Notes: a model not told the origin generated them from the letters alone. Numbered from the stretch's first letter, positions 40,851-56,040 are shown. The stretch is DNA of 64,000 nt from Octopus vulgaris (GCA_951406725.2 OX597816.1:127658001-127722000); one strand, 5' to 3'. A program made the numbers and translations.

Positions 40851-42764
40851 GCTTTTATTGATGGTAACCATTTGTTGAATGAATTATTTATTTATTTTTT
40901 TATGATTATGTTTGTGATTAGATAAGGAATAACTCATACCTATTACCATCAACTTATAAGTTTTCCATCATTACTAAAACAGCTACTGACTGTTTCCAAT
41001 TTGGAGGTATATTATAATATTTTAGTATACGTATATAATTTCAAAATTATTTGTTATAAAAATAATACTTATTGGCTGGAAGGAAGTCAAAGCAAGGTTC
41101 AAACAAGAAATACATTCCTTACTGACAAGCTGGCACATGAATTTAAGCCATCATAACTTTCTTTAAAAATTTGACCAACAGTTTTGCTTTTAGTTTTTTT
41201 TTCAGTCATAATTGTTACAATATATCTGAGAAATTTTTAGTTGATTTTGATTAAAGTGATTTTAAAAAGACCGAATCAAATTAAATGCTTTTTGAAACTG
41301 TGATATAAATCACAGTTTCAAATTACGATTTGAAACTGTAATATAAATCAAATTTGAAATTAACTGATGACTAACTTTTGTAATTTTTTTATAATTTGGT
41401 ACTTATAGTTTATAGATTAAAAACAATATTGTGATTTAAATTATATTTCTTTTAATACAGGCAGTTAACTGAATGTGTATTACTTTCTTTGAATCATATC
41501 ATTTTTAAATACATATTAGTTACTAAATCAAACTATATCGTTGTCTCACAGTTCTATTCATGATCACAGCATAAAGTAATATTCTATTGATTAGAAATAC
41601 CAATCTTCTCAGCATGCAATTAAATTTTTAATTTCATTTTTCTATTTAATGTCAATCTCAGCATGCAAAAAATTTGCATCCTGATGATCATTATTGTCGT
41701 GATGGTAGCAGAGGCAAGCATCACAACGACGATGATAACAACACTACCAGTGACAACAACTACGATCACCACCACCATCATTGTAATCATGATTATATTA
41801 GTTTGAAGCGTTTTATGTTAGAGTACCAATCTATATTATAAAAAGTTTAACAGTCCTCCATTAAAAGTCCAACAGTTTTATTTAAGTCATTATTTTGTAC
41901 AGATCGTTGCTGATTAATCAAGTATGATCCAACCATGACAATTCCATCTTTTTTTCCTGGTGTAATATATATTGAACATTGTTTATCTAATATGTGCTTC
42001 ATTTTTTTTTTATAAACTAGTGCGTGATTAAAGAGTGATTAAGCTGCTATTTCTAGCAGACTGCAGGATCAGTTAGGGGCTGCTCCCACATTAGCTTGAG
42101 TGTTTCTTAGGATATTATTCTCTGCTAGAAAATGCAGATTAACTACTTAACTAGGATATCCTAAAAACAAAACCACAATGCAAAAATATCAATAATTGGT
42201 TTTTCTCATAGACATCTCTCAATATCATTTAATGACTAGCAAAAGGCATAGTGACTGGATCTCACTGGGTTTGGTTATTGGTAATCAATGTGTGTATTTG
42301 AATGGTTATTAGCATCATCAACAAGTCACCAGGTTTCCTTTGTTGTAAATCAGTTGCATTGATTCACATCATATTATCCTCTACTACATTCATTTCTGTA
42401 TAGTTGCCATTCAGTTTCATTGATATAAATAATACCTCTAGCTGTGACAACATCAAAACATTTACTTATATCTGGACATGATTTAAGCAAAATGTTGCAT
42501 GAAGCATCTGTTTTTTCATAATTTCTATTTTTCACCAAGAGAATTAGCTGATGTTCTTTGATACAAATTGTTCTCTGATCTGTTATGTGTTTGTGATGTT
42601 ATTGTCCAGACTTAGTCAGAAGTTGTAATGCTCTATGACTGTTACTCATGTTTACTCAGTTTACTTTCACTTTAATCTATCAATCTTCTCAGCATGCGAC
42701 TGAATTCTCAATTTCATTTAAACAATTTAATCTATCATGTTATTAGAATTTAGTAGTTGATAAT

Positions 42765-42982
42765 GGTTTCAAATTTTGGCACAAGGCCATTAACTTTAGT
42801 GGTGACGAAGGGGAACTAAATCGATTACATCAGCTCCAGTGCTCATCTGGTACTTATTTTATCAACCCCAAAAGGATTAGAGGCACAGCCGACCTTGGTG
42901 GAATTTGAACTCAGAACATGAAATCAGAAGAAATGTCACTAAGCGTGCCTGGTGTGCTAATGATTCTACCAGCTTGCCACTT
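42765..42982 (-). mobile_element. SINE family C
   Basis: Reverse complement of the family C unit (ggtttcaaattttggcacaaggcc...ctggtacttattttatc...gaatttgaactcagaac). Confidence 0.8.
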
Positions 42983-43682
42983 TGATTCAGAAGTTAATAC
43001 TAAAAGTGCAATGTAATATGATATTTTGATAATTTTTGTCATTCATAATTTTCATTTACATCTGTTGAGGTATTACTTTGGGCGTCAGTCAAGAAGAGAA
43101 AGATTGTTTTTGTTGACTTTTCATTTTATTTGTCATAAGTTGAGATATTCTGAGAAATCTGTAACCTATTCTGATTTTTAGTTGTATATTATATCATATT
43201 ACTTATCATAACTGAGCTTAAAAATGCTTAAGCATCTCTCAATCTGTGAATATGTGTGTTTGTTTGTGAGGCCACTATTGAGTATCACAAGTATGTCTTT
43301 TTAAATGAAGACTACCTCAGTTTATGTAGTTGAAGAGGTCTGATATCCATTTAGCCTTTGCATTATCTTTTACATATTGGAGACATGGAGTCCTTTATTT
43401 CATCTAAAACTACATAATGGACTATATGTGTCCAGCTCAATTTTCTTTAGCCTTTATAAATTTCACAACATACCATTTTTACACTTTTAGTTAGATTATG
43501 TTTTGGCCATGACTTTTACATAAATAAAGCCTCCTAGGTGGACAGACCTTTTGTTAAGATATGATTGGCATCATGCAATAGATGTGTGAACCATATGTTT
43601 TTTATAACAAGAACTGATAATCCTTGGTGGAGTATTTATATATTCTGTGTTACATATACATGCATATATGTCCATGTATATA

Positions 43683-43980
43683 TCTATATACATAAATGTG
43701 TAATGGTGTCTGTGTGTGTGTTTGGGGTTACTCTAACTCCTCTCACACCATCCAACCGATTTTAATGATTTTTGGAACATAGGTAGATCATATACCTTGA
43801 AGTTAAAATAAGGCTGGAATTTTTCAAAAAACTTGATAATACTCAGTTGGCATCGATTTTTGAGAGCTCAATCAGGCATTTGAATGGAAATGCCCATAAC
43901 GATGTTATTTTTCCTGCAGCTTTTGCATTGTTTGCCCAATTTTGATGAAAATAAGTTTTAAGAAATCAATAGGCCTTTTG
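43683..43980 (+). mobile_element. Possible 5' part of a non-autonomous Helitron-like element
   Basis: TCTATATACATAAA start, a (TG)n tract, then aactcctctcacaccatccaaccgattttaatgatttttgg. No 3' hairpin or CTRR end located. Confidence 0.35.
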
Positions 43981-46833
43981 TATGCAGTTACCCATAGGAT
44001 TAATATTTTATACTGTAACTTTATTGTTGGTTTGGATTTCACCTTTCACTTTAATTTTTGTAAGTGGTTTTAAAGTGATTTTTTATAGTTTTGATGCCTA
44101 TACATTGGCTTACTATCCATCTACCTCTCATTATCTTTTTTCATTAAGTGCTAAAACCATTATGATCAGGTTTGTTCTCATATAATTCAAGTATTTAACT
44201 GCATTTGTATTATATTCCAACACATGTTTGGCGACCTTAGTAATCATAACCTTATCAAAATTCAACATCATTATCATGTGGTTTGCATTTGCTTGCACAT
44301 AACTATAAATAATATTTATCAAACCATCTTTCTCTGATCATTCTGTCCTTTCCTCAGTTCTTTGACAACAGTCATCTTCAAAGCAATCAGAATTATTTTA
44401 TACTAGGTTTTCATTACTGTTTTACTGATTATCTCCAACACTAAAGATGATTTCTGCAAGAATCAAGTTATTCCTCTTTTAACTGTTTTCTTAAATTCTC
44501 TTGGTTATAATTTTGATTTGTTGATTAGCCTCAGACCAATGTTTGATGAGACAGACACTTCAGCTATCACCACCCTCTCTCTTTTCCTCAGATGTAATGT
44601 TATCAGAACTTCATTGTATACATTCTTTAATAAGTTGTGTTCGTCTTCAACAGACAACTCAAAGTAGTTGAAGGTGAATTGGCTGCTATTTCTACCTGGT
44701 TTAATGACTGTTTTGAGGTTGCCTTAGCATGTAGTCAGTAGTTCATAAGGAGGCAAACATTTATTGAATCAACCTCAGTGTATTACAAGAATTTGTTTTT
44801 ATTGGTCCTTGAGAGGTAATACATAAAATTTATTCCAAAACTGAACTTTAAACAACACAACAAAAAATTAACCTAAACTCTACCATTTTTGACAATTCTC
44901 TTCATCTGTTTTATTAGACATTTTAAGTTTATGGCTTCTTGTATTATTGATATACCCATTGTTTTAATCTCAGGTTAGCTCAGTAAGAGCTGATCTATAA
45001 ACACAAATGTTTCAGTGATGGTGATCTCTGATATTTTTATTCAGTTATTGTGCATCTAGGACAAAATTATCTAGTGTGTTTTGTCATTTTTTAAAGTGGC
45101 AGAGTGTAATTTGAGGGAAACAGCTTAGGTAAATGAGGCCTTCTCTTAGAATGTGCCTGAAAGACAAGAAACTTAGCTAGAAATCACTCTTAGGGTAAGG
45201 ATAATCCTGAGTCTGACAGTTCCTTTAATGACCCTAAATTAGTGTCCTATTGGGATATCTCATTTCATACTTTAATATACTTTTGTTTTCTAAGCCCATT
45301 TATATTTACAATTCTCTAAAGGGTCCAACTAGTTTTTAATTGATTCTTTTAATGTTCCCTTCATATCCACCCCATTGTGAAAAATAAAAGGAATAATAAT
45401 CATTATTATTAATATTCTTTTTTCCTTTAGTTTTGGTAAATTCCTTTCCTTGTGGATTTTGATTGCAGTACATTGTTCTATACATTTATTGATTCATTTG
45501 TGCATTGAAAGTATTTCTCTTTTCATCTTTTGGGTCAAAATTGAAAGGTTAACAAACGTTAAGCATTATCTCTAAAGTGATATTAAATCTCTTGTCTTTA
45601 AAATCATTTCTCTGTCAGTTAGGTTTTGCTGTTAAATAAAATATCAGTTAAGTGCCATTTCACTTAAACTGATGTTACTTAACAATCTTTAAGAATTTGA
45701 CTAAGACATGCGGACATACATACACAGTCGCACACTTTCCTGTTGATAAGGAAAATAATTTTTCAGTATATTGGACATAGATACTGTCTATGACTTCTCA
45801 CCAGTCCACTGAAATTAATGGCAGCAGAATGAATTTAGGTAAGAAGTGAATTCAAGGGAAATGGTTGGGCATTGTGATTAGTACAATGGCTTGGAGGGTA
45901 AACACAAACTAAGTGATGAGAGAAGGGGATAAAGGTGTATGTCAGGTGGGCTTGGATAGAGATGGTATGCAACAAGCTAGCTGGGATCAGAGTGCCTTAT
46001 AGTAACTGTAGGAGACAGCCTTTTCAAATGTGGGAGCAGTATAAATGGATAAAGGTGATTATAAGATTAACTTCTCAAAAGGTTCAGCTGGTCAAAAAGT
46101 TTCTTTCATTTCAATAACTTATGTTATTGAAGAATTTGATTCTTTATTTTGTACTAGCATTTCGTTGTTAGCATTGCTCAGGTTATTAATAAAATTCTCA
46201 AGCAATTTAAACTTTCATGGTGCATTAGCTTTTGAGCTAAGCATTCCTTCTACAAGTCATGACAAGTGTATGCAAATAGTTCCATTTATCAGACAAAATT
46301 GTTAACTTACAATATTCTGTATTTATTTATTTTTTTATTCTATGATGTTTCATTTCTCCGATATATTATTTTCTTGCTACAAAACTTCATCCCTAATACT
46401 GAATTCAGTTTAATTCTTGTAGAGTTTTCAAGAATTATAGGAACATAGTCATAATAGAATTGTAGAAATTTTATCATGAGTATGTGCCTACGGGTATTCA
46501 GTGAAAATGCAAATGATAGAAGTAACAAACATCACTATGAATCAATTATCCAGCATGTAATGCTGATATGGTTGTTAACTGTGTTGGTAATGATAAGGTG
46601 AAGTGTTAATTTAGCTAACAATAGTTTTTACTGAGGATCAGTAATCATAGCTCAGTATTTTCTGCAAGATAAATTATTTTCTTATTAAACAGTTGGTATT
46701 TAAGAACCAGAGTCAGCTTAAAGTTAAGTAGATAGAATTTTGTGTCTGAAAACTTTCCTCTATTCTGAGAAGTACCAGAATAAAAATAGTAGCAGTATTA
46801 AACTAATGTAGATTATATTGGTTAATATGGAAA

Positions 46834-46866
<33 letters not shown>

Positions 46867-48100
46867 TTAATTGATCTCTAAAGAAAGAAGTGGTATAAGT
46901 TCTTAGAATTGCATAATATAGGGTCAGGTGATCTGAATTGTTGGTTGGGTTTTGATGAGCTTCAAGAAAAAGCATTTTTTTTCCTTTTCTCAAAATATGA
47001 AGAGATAAAACATTGACTGAACGAGAGTAGAACTATATTAAGCTGATTCTGTAACTTGGAAATTACATATCACAATTTTACTAATTATAAATGGCTTAAA
47101 GCAGGATATAATATTCAGAATATTTTTCCCTATTTTCTTTTTTTTTTTTTTTTTATTAAATGAACGGATAAGATATTAAAAAAGAAAAAAATGATAGCCT
47201 TGATTTGCAGAAATCTATAGTCTCTCCATATTGATATATTGACCGATAGTATTGGTAGAAAATACAACTTTTGTTATATGACTTAACAACAGTTTTTATA
47301 TAGAACATGCTCAAACAAGTATTTTCTTGTTCTAAGTTTGTTATGTATATAAGAGCAGATCTAACCCACTTTTGTTACTGCATTTTCATAAAGAAAATTA
47401 ACATTAAAATTCATTAACATTAAAATGCTGTAAAATAAATATTGAACCAATATGTAAATAAAGAGATTGAATAAGACTTTGTCAGGAAAGATTCTAGTGT
47501 AAGAAATATATAGATAATAGTTGGCACTGTTGATGTGTGGGATGTTAGACATTATGATCATTTAGATGGGTGAAAGAAATTTTCTTTCCTTTTTTTTTTT
47601 GTTTTAGCAGTGCAGTATAGTATAAAATATGATATGTTTCAAAATAATGAAGATATTCCTTAATTCATTTTTGCTCTGTAGAAGGAAATATATACACAGG
47701 CATCAAATATATTTTGATTGTCAGCCAAGTCAATATCTTTAGCAGGATTGAACATGTTCAGAACTAACCATATGCAATTATCCTAACCACGTAGTTAGTA
47801 TATGATAAAAAGAAGTTGGCTTGGGTATAGACTTAGATCATATTATGAACAGTGTAATATGAATAAGAATTTAAATAAAATGTTTTCTGTAAAATTTGCC
47901 AAGAATAGCAAAAAGACACTGAAAATATCTAGGTCAATACTTTTCTCATTTTCACTTTTGAAGAAACTGTTTAATAATTTATATTTTCACCTGTTCTGTA
48001 AAGTATTTTTTTTTAGTCTTTCTGTTTCAAATATCTTCATAAATTGCTTTTATTATTTTCCCCAACAGAAATATCAATTTCTATTTAACTTTGTGGAACT

Positions 48101-48136
<36 letters not shown>

Positions 48137-51100
48137 TACACACACACACACATATTAATTCTTTTGTTTCAACAATTACTTTTGAACAAAATTTTGATGA
48201 AAATTGCTGGATAATAGTTGGAAGCCATGGTGTTTGGAAGTAAGTCTCTGTGTGTGTGTATGTGTGTATATATGTATGTGTGTGTGTTGAGAGAGAGAAT
48301 CATGCACACACATGCATGCACACATACACACATCTATGTGTATGTGATGTGTGTATGAGAGAGAAAGAAAATGCCGATGACTGTTAGTCATACATCTCAT
48401 TAAATTCATGCATGGGTGGGACGAGTTTTGCAACTATGGAGTCTTTATGCAATTGAAAGAATTATTGTAAATGTTGCATGACATTCCCTATACCGATTAT
48501 TTAACAATTAATGGGGTGTAGAGCCTGTTGCCTGACAGGCTAAAAGAAAGGAAATAATATGCCTTGCTTAGGGACAAAACACAGTGCCCACAGTGTGGCT
48601 TGATTTCATCAATACTTCAGCTTCACACCTATTGTACTTCATCAAAGTCTCGGCACTTGTCACAAAGTCATCTATATGCTGGTGATATTAGTTTATAACA
48701 TCACTGCTCTGCTGTCAGAAATACTTGTTAGTTTAAGTACAATTGTTTGTCTGACTTCAGTAGTCACTGAATTACCTTTTGACTACAAATTGGAATCTAA
48801 TCTAATTCGAACCAACTTGTAATCAATCCTAATGTTCAACTGACATTGTGTTTACCATACCTAACTGAACTAAATCTATAATAAATGCTCTCAGCAAATG
48901 AAACATTCTTCCTTCTGATCTGGCCTTGTTTTTTAATTCTACTTCTGATTTGTTATTCCTATATAATTCACTCTAACAATGTTATTAATCATTGACTCAA
49001 ACTATCATGACATTAAACCTTTTATCTTCTGCATTAATCAACTGAAAGGAAGTGGCATAAAAACTATAATGAAGCTTAAAAGTTTCAACTGAAGCTTAAT
49101 GAAGTTTCTAAGTGTTATATGTATATTCATGCTTTTCTATATACCCAAACAAATGTTCATACACACACTCTCTCTCTCACACATACACACACGTAATTTT
49201 TTTTTTTTTTGCATGTTGAAGTTGACTATTCCATTAGTTCAAGTATCACAGTTAGTAAGTATTCATGAGAAGGTGTGAAGAGCATTTCAAACAATAGCAT
49301 ATCCAAGAAAATTTGTAGAAAAAAATAACCCAACTATTTACTCAACATATATTGAATACTCTTTTTGTTGTAATACTTTTTGCAAGCATAATGTCATGTA
49401 TGTGATATATGTTTATACCCAAGAATATCTGTATATGTGGGAAGTGGATGGGCAGATGGATGGATATGTTTATGTGTGTACAAAAATGCAAGCACAACTT
49501 TAAAAAGAGTGACTAACTGTGATAGATTTACTAGTATTTAAGTGCTTGTGAATTTTTCAGTTGTAAATTCAAATATTGGTGCACTGGAAATTAAATTTAG
49601 CTCTTTTCTTAGAACTGGATACTGCTACTAATAAAAATATCTTTCATCAGCACAAAACTACATGTTTGTTAGGAAAGAGTATAATTTACTGGATTTAATC
49701 TTGTCCATGCTGATATTTGTATTAAATCTGTAAATATCAAAGGAAAGCCTAACTCTGCTGGGATTTTGAAATAGGTATGTAACCAAAGTATTCAATTCTA
49801 CTTCTTTAATATGAAACATTTGCTTGAAAGAAAAGCTAAGATACTCTTATATATGACTGGCATATTTTCTTCTTTGGTAGATTTGAATATAATCTCTACA
49901 TCAGAGTTGAAGGAACTATTTATCAATGTATCCAAGCATTGTAGCTTTCAATCACTTCTATTTTGAATTACACACTTGTAAGTGTATGTTTTGTAATTGT
50001 TCACCTTCAGATAGCCAATAGAAATTTCTTTTCTTTGTATCCAATATAAAATCAGATCTGCCAAATATTGAAATTATGATAAAAAGAAATAAAACAGAAG
50101 TTAGAGATGTTCCTCTATCTCCTCACAACAATCTTTCTCCTCTCTGGGAAATCAACTCCTGTGGACAATGCTTAAACTGAGTTGGTGCATTATAGTAAGA
50201 ATTGGGTATTAAATGCGAAAGAGTGGCAGAAATGAGACAGAATTTGTTTGGATGCACACCATTAATGTATATATCATATATATTTGTGGAACTTTCCAAT
50301 ATACATATATATATATAAAAGATATCTATGTGTGTATGTATATATATGTATATGTATGCACACATACATACACCAACATATATATGTAAATACATTACAT
50401 ACATGCACACACACACACACACACACACATATAGATACAAACATACAATATATATGTGTGTGTAGAAGAACACAAATGGGTTTATGGTTCACTACAGCTG
50501 TTTCAGATGCATTTTTATTGATGAAGAGTTTAATTATAATAATCACATCATAAAAAAAATATTTTTCATCAGGTGACTAAAATTTAGTTTGAATAAATGA
50601 CAAGATGTAGAATGATCCTCTTTGTTAGCCATCATGAAAGAGAGTGAAAAATATATCAACAACTGTCTAAATTTAACTGGCTGTGATGGAAACACTCAGG
50701 GTAGAAGTCAGTGGGAAATAAAATCTTCATAAAACCCTATAAAAACTTTGTCTTCAAATGGGACTTGATAGATAGAGATAAAGAGATGAGGAAGACAGTG
50801 AGAAAAAAAAAGAGAAAATGTAAGGGGTAATTGTTCAGAGTGGTGACTTCAGAGAGAAGTCCTGTGATGCCTCATGTGCCTATAGTAGTAAGTACATGCA
50901 TGATTAAACACACATACTCTCATATGTCATGCACTCACATACATACACATACTCAAACATATATATACACACATACACTCAAATACATATATATATATAT
51001 ACATACACACACACACACAATATGAACATACATATACACAAATATGCAGAAAATCCTATTTATGTATACATATACACACAAAAGTGTGAACACACAACAA

Positions 51101-51759
51101 TACAGACATTAAAGTAAGAGGTAAATATCATAATCAGGCATGTATAAGCAGCAGCAATAACAACACAAAGTAAAACAACAACAACAACAAAAACAATAAT
51201 AATAAGTAGTATGTTAGATTGCATCTCGATATATCTCATAACTGGGCATCAGATAATAATAATGAGATGTATGGAGTTTAGGAGGAAAGAAATATATGAA
51301 CCTTTAGCGCATAAATATACAAATAAAAACACAAATATACTTATTCACATTCTTTTGCTCACATTACGCATGTACACCCATATATATTTACTTATAGATA
51401 ATAAATGTATTGTCTATATGCTAAATTAATATTCTTGCCATCATCTATGTTAAATATATAATTAGTTGGGTATGATATAATAGGCATTTAACAGATAAAT
51501 GAAAAGATAAGATAACAGTTAGAACATGCCGTATAAGTTTAAAATTAGTATGTGAGGGAAATACAAATGAGAGAAAATCAGAGAGACTAAGAGGGTGTTG
51601 ACATTGTGAGTGAAGTCATACATCATATTATGTCATTATAATGATTTTTAATAATAATAGAAACACTATAAGTGTTAGAGTATTAAAGAATTAGTGTTCA
51701 AGACAGGTAGGCTACATGGTATAACAGACGTTACCCAACAAGCTTAAAATGAATAGATA

Positions 51760-52425
51760 TATGCCTAATGTCATGTAAGCATTTCATTTTAAGTTCCTGT
51801 GCCTTATTAAGCAGGTTACCTGGATATTTTAAGATCTCATATAATTTCGCACAGCACAGTGTACAACCATACATGCTATTTAAATATGGCAATGCCTTGC
51901 TCCAAGCAATTTCAAATTAAACATTACTATCCTTTAGTTACCACACTTTTTCTGCCAATCATGTAATGCAAGCTTTATTGTGATTTTTGAATGATGCAAG
52001 ATGATTACACAATCTAGATTTGAATTTGCAAGATGTTGAGCCTATGAAGGTGAAGAGTTTTGTATCAGTTGTTACATTATACTTATAAACTATAGTCCTA
52101 GTTAAACAGGTATTATTAAGTGGACAGACATCCCTATTATAACAGTTGCACATTGTAGGGTTACCAGGTTATTAGGATTGTTGTTATTATATAAGCTAGG
52201 TGTAGCATTAAAACTAATTGAATGACTTGATTTAATAACATTACTATTATTGTTTACATTCCTATTATTGCTGACCCTAATGGGGTTAGTGCAGTCTGAT
52301 TGAACATGTGTAGACCTATAATGTTCAATTACATCAGAATCATAGCAGTTGTCAACTACTGCTTTTGTACTGAAATCATTGTTAAAACTTATTTTCTCAG
52401 CATTGACTCCCCCAGTACTTTGCAT
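51760..52425 (-). mobile_element. Penelope-like element remnant: GIY-YIG endonuclease and Asn-rich linker
   Basis: CNCYNRDVCPLNNTCLTRTIVY...FIGSTSCKFKSRLCNH, then past stops CTLC...LLNK..ELKMKCLH. Confidence 0.8.
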
Positions 52426-53175
52426 TGGATTGTGAACTTACATCCTCATATGTATATGTATCTACAGAGATATGTATGAATGTTGTATATATATATGTAT
52501 TTGCTAAACTCAACCCTTTCCTGGTGTCCTGAATGTTAAAATAGCTTGATTCTAACAAATCCCACAACTGATTATGTGTTTCATGTTAGTGTGTTCTTCA
52601 GTGAACAGTAAACTGAGAGTGAGAGGTAGAGGTGGGGACAGAGAGAGAGAGGGAGACTTGGTGATCTGCTATTCCTCTATCCCATTGGAGGACTGTTGAA
52701 GCTATCATTGGTATGTCAGAAGACAAAATTATTTTATGGAAGGAAAGTTACTTATTGCTGTCATATAAGTAATACCTATCTTTTTTATGATGTGCATTCA
52801 TCTGTCTAAGTATTAGTTATGCTTCCTTTATGATTTTGACTAGAATTGAAAGGATTGATATAAATTATTTGAAGGTCAAGAACTGAGTTTGCATTTTATA
52901 TATTTTTTGTTTGCTTTGTAGTTTCAAACTTCATTAATACTTTCTGTTGGTCACTTTGACTAATACTTGAACAAAAATGATACTGTGACAGGATGACAAA
53001 GCAAGTTCATTGTCACATATATTGATGAAATGATAAAATAATTAAAACACCTCACCATTTCCTAGTGAATTCTGATATTAGTTTTTATTATCAGTATTAG
53101 ATTACTGTGTCAATGATTAATATGGTTACAGCTTTTATGTATATAAGTGTGTGTATGACAGGTTTGTATATTTTG

Positions 53176-53208
<33 letters not shown>

Positions 53209-54057
53209 ATATGTGCATGCATTCGTGTGTCTGTGTGTGTATGAATATATTTAACAGTATTTGGAAATAATATATATTTCCTACTTATTTACATTCAGTA
53301 ATGTTTTGAATTCATTTTCAAATCAAACAAATTTTCTGTTGATTATTTTTCTACTTAATATTACAGTCAATTTTTTTCTCTATTGTTAATTATTAAATAC
53401 TTTCTTTGTCGTAGTAAATACACTTTTCCATAGGTTATTTTTATTTGAATTTTAGTTGTTTTTTTTCTTTTTCAACATAACTTTAAAATTGCCTACAACA
53501 TATTTAATCAACATTAGTGTAATTAACTTTGTCATGAAGGATAAAACCATAGAGAATTATTGATTATCTATTATGGCTACTGTTCTGATGACCCTTTCTT
53601 CTGAAGTGATAATAAATTAGTTATTAAACAATGTTTCAAGACTCCAACCAAGAATATCACCTCCATACTCTCATGACTCACACTCTATCATAGATTAGCA
53701 CCAATATTTCCTTCAACATCAAGAAGTGGATTTCTCAAAATGCATTTCTTCTTGATTGAAACCTGTAGCAAGTGAAATATATAATCTACATCTTATATCT
53801 GCACACTTTCTCTAATCAGTGAAATAATAAAAAAAAATCTGTGACTAATTTGTTCTTTCCCTCTCAGTACAACATAATAAATTTTATTAAACATTAATTT
53901 CTTCAGTAACTTGTAATCTCCTGACAAGCAGATACTATTTTGTAATTTCAGTCTGGGTGAAGGCAATTTAACATGTGTTAACCTAGATTTTACCCTCTGC
54001 TAAACATGGGCTGTGTCTAATCAAAAAGTATTAGTTAATTAATTTAATGTCTTATTT

Positions 54058-54216
54058 CATCTGTCTTTGTGTTCTGAGTTCAAATTCCATTGGGGTCAGC
54101 TTTGACTTTCATCCTTTCGGGGTTGATGAAAGAAGTACCAGTTGAGAACTGGGGTCAAAGAAATCAACTAGCCCTCACCCACAAAATTTCACATGTTGCA
54201 CCTATAGTAGAAAAGA
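54058..54216 (+). mobile_element. SINE family C, partial
   Basis: ctgagttcaaattcc...tttcatcctttcggggttgatgaaagaagtaccag followed by an (ATT)n tail. Confidence 0.75.
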
Positions 54217-54477
54217 TTATTATTATTATTATCATTATTATTACTTAGCCATAGAAAAGAGTCTCATTGTATTTAGTGTAAAAACATTAGTAGGATTGAG
54301 CTTATATATTTTACTCACCACATAAGTATTTCTAATTACCTTGTTGATGCTCTACTATGTAAATTAAATAAGTTAATACTTACTTAACTATTGCTTTTCA
54401 TGTCTCTGTGTGAAATTAATCTTTGTGATTTATTGAATGATATAACACACACACACACACACTCTCTCTCTCTCTCT

Positions 54478-54516
<39 letters not shown>

Positions 54517-54521
<5 letters not shown>

Positions 54522-56040
54522 CCAGGTGATGAAGGTCTCAGAGAAGGTCATAACCAATCTCATTAGGGAGAGAATTTGTTTAGATGAAATGCAGTTCGGT
54601 TTTGTACCAGGTAGAAGCACCACTGATGCTATATTCCTGGTCCGACAACTGCAGGAGAAGTACCTAGCTAAAGATAAACCCCTCTACATAGCTTTTGTAG
54701 ACTTGGAGAAAGCCTTTGACAGGGTTCCCCGTTCCCTTATCTGGTGGTCGATGCGGAAACTGGAGATTGAAGAATGGCTAATAAGGGCTGTACAGGCTCT
54801 ATACAGAGAGGCTGTCAGCAAGGTTAGGATTGGCAACGAATATAGTGAAGAATTCCGGGTAGAAGTAGGTGTGCACCAGGGCTCAGCCCTCAGTCCCCTT
54901 TTATTCATCATAGTCCTTCAGGCAATAACAGAGGAATTCAAAACGGGATGCCCCTGGGAGCTCCTCTATGCCGATGACCTAGCTCTCATAGCAGAATCAC
55001 TACCGGAACTAGAAGAGAAATTTCGGGTGTGGAAGCAAGGGTTGGAATCAAAGGGCCTTAGAATAAATGTAGCAAAGACCAAAGTATTAGTAAGCAGCAA
55101 GAGGTACTCAGCACACATCCCCTCGGGTAGGTGGCCCTGCTCAACCTGTAGGAAAGGTACAGGTACAAACTCCATAAGATGCACCCAATGTAAGTTATGG
55201 ACACATAAGAGGTGCAGCAACATTAAAGGGAAATTAACAGATAAGATAGCTTTCATGTGCGGCAGATGCACAGGGACAATAGACACAACAGACACTCAGA
55301 AAACAGATTCCATCACACTCCAGGGAGAGAAACTAGAAGTAGTTGATAGTTTCCGCTACCTGGGAGACCAAGTTAGTAGCGGAGGTGGATGCACAGAGAG
55401 TATCACCACTAGAATACGAATAGCCTGGGCAAAGTTCAGAAAGCTCCTACCCCTACTGGCAACAAAAGGTCTCTCCCTCAGAGCAAAAGGTAGATTGTAT
55501 GATGCATGTGTGCGAACTGCCATGCTTCACGGTAATGAAACATGGGCTGTGACTGCAGAAGACATGCATAGACTTGAAAGAAATGAAGCTAGCATGATCC
55601 GCTGGATGTGTAGTGTCAGTGTGCACACAAAACAGAGTGTAAGTATCCTGAGAGAAATGCTGGATATAAGAAGCATCAGATGTGGTGTGCAAGAGCGACG
55701 CTTGCGATGGTATGGTCATGTGCTGCGGATGGATGAAGAGAGATGTGTGAAGAAGTGCCACTCCCAAACAGTTGAAGGTATCAGGGGGAGAGGTAGACCC
55801 AGGAAGACATGGGATGAGGTGGTCAAGCATGACCTCAGAGCATTGGGCCTCACTGAGGCAATGGCGAAGGACCGAGATCTCTGGAGATATGCTGTGACTA
55901 CAAAGACCCGGGCTGCTTTCTGCAGCAATTCCACATACCCCCTACCCATTCTAAGTACCCCGGATCCCCAAAGTACCCTGGATCCCCAAAGTACCCCGAT
56001 CCCCAAAGTACCCCGGACCTCGTTGCCCCCGTGCCGCTGA
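54517..56040 (+). CDS. RTE reverse transcriptase (5'-truncated) with an inserted C4HC3 PHD-like finger
   Basis: Open frame. CxxC...CxxC...HxxC...CxxC at 55138-55269. An 18-bp tandem repeat lies near the C-terminus (55953-56016). Confidence 0.85.

Noticed and set aside
41600-42735. ~50-bp direct repeat caatcttctcagcatgc at ~41601 and ~42681
   Set aside because: Short and diverged with no structure between the copies, so probably an old repeat fragment.
48190-48246. Possible exon ending at GAA|GTAAGT
   Set aside because: No convincing acceptor site and no recognisable protein.
50107-50175. Signal-peptide-like mini ORF MFLYLLTTIFLLSGKSTPVDNA
   Set aside because: Only 22 codons, with no splice donor or other support.
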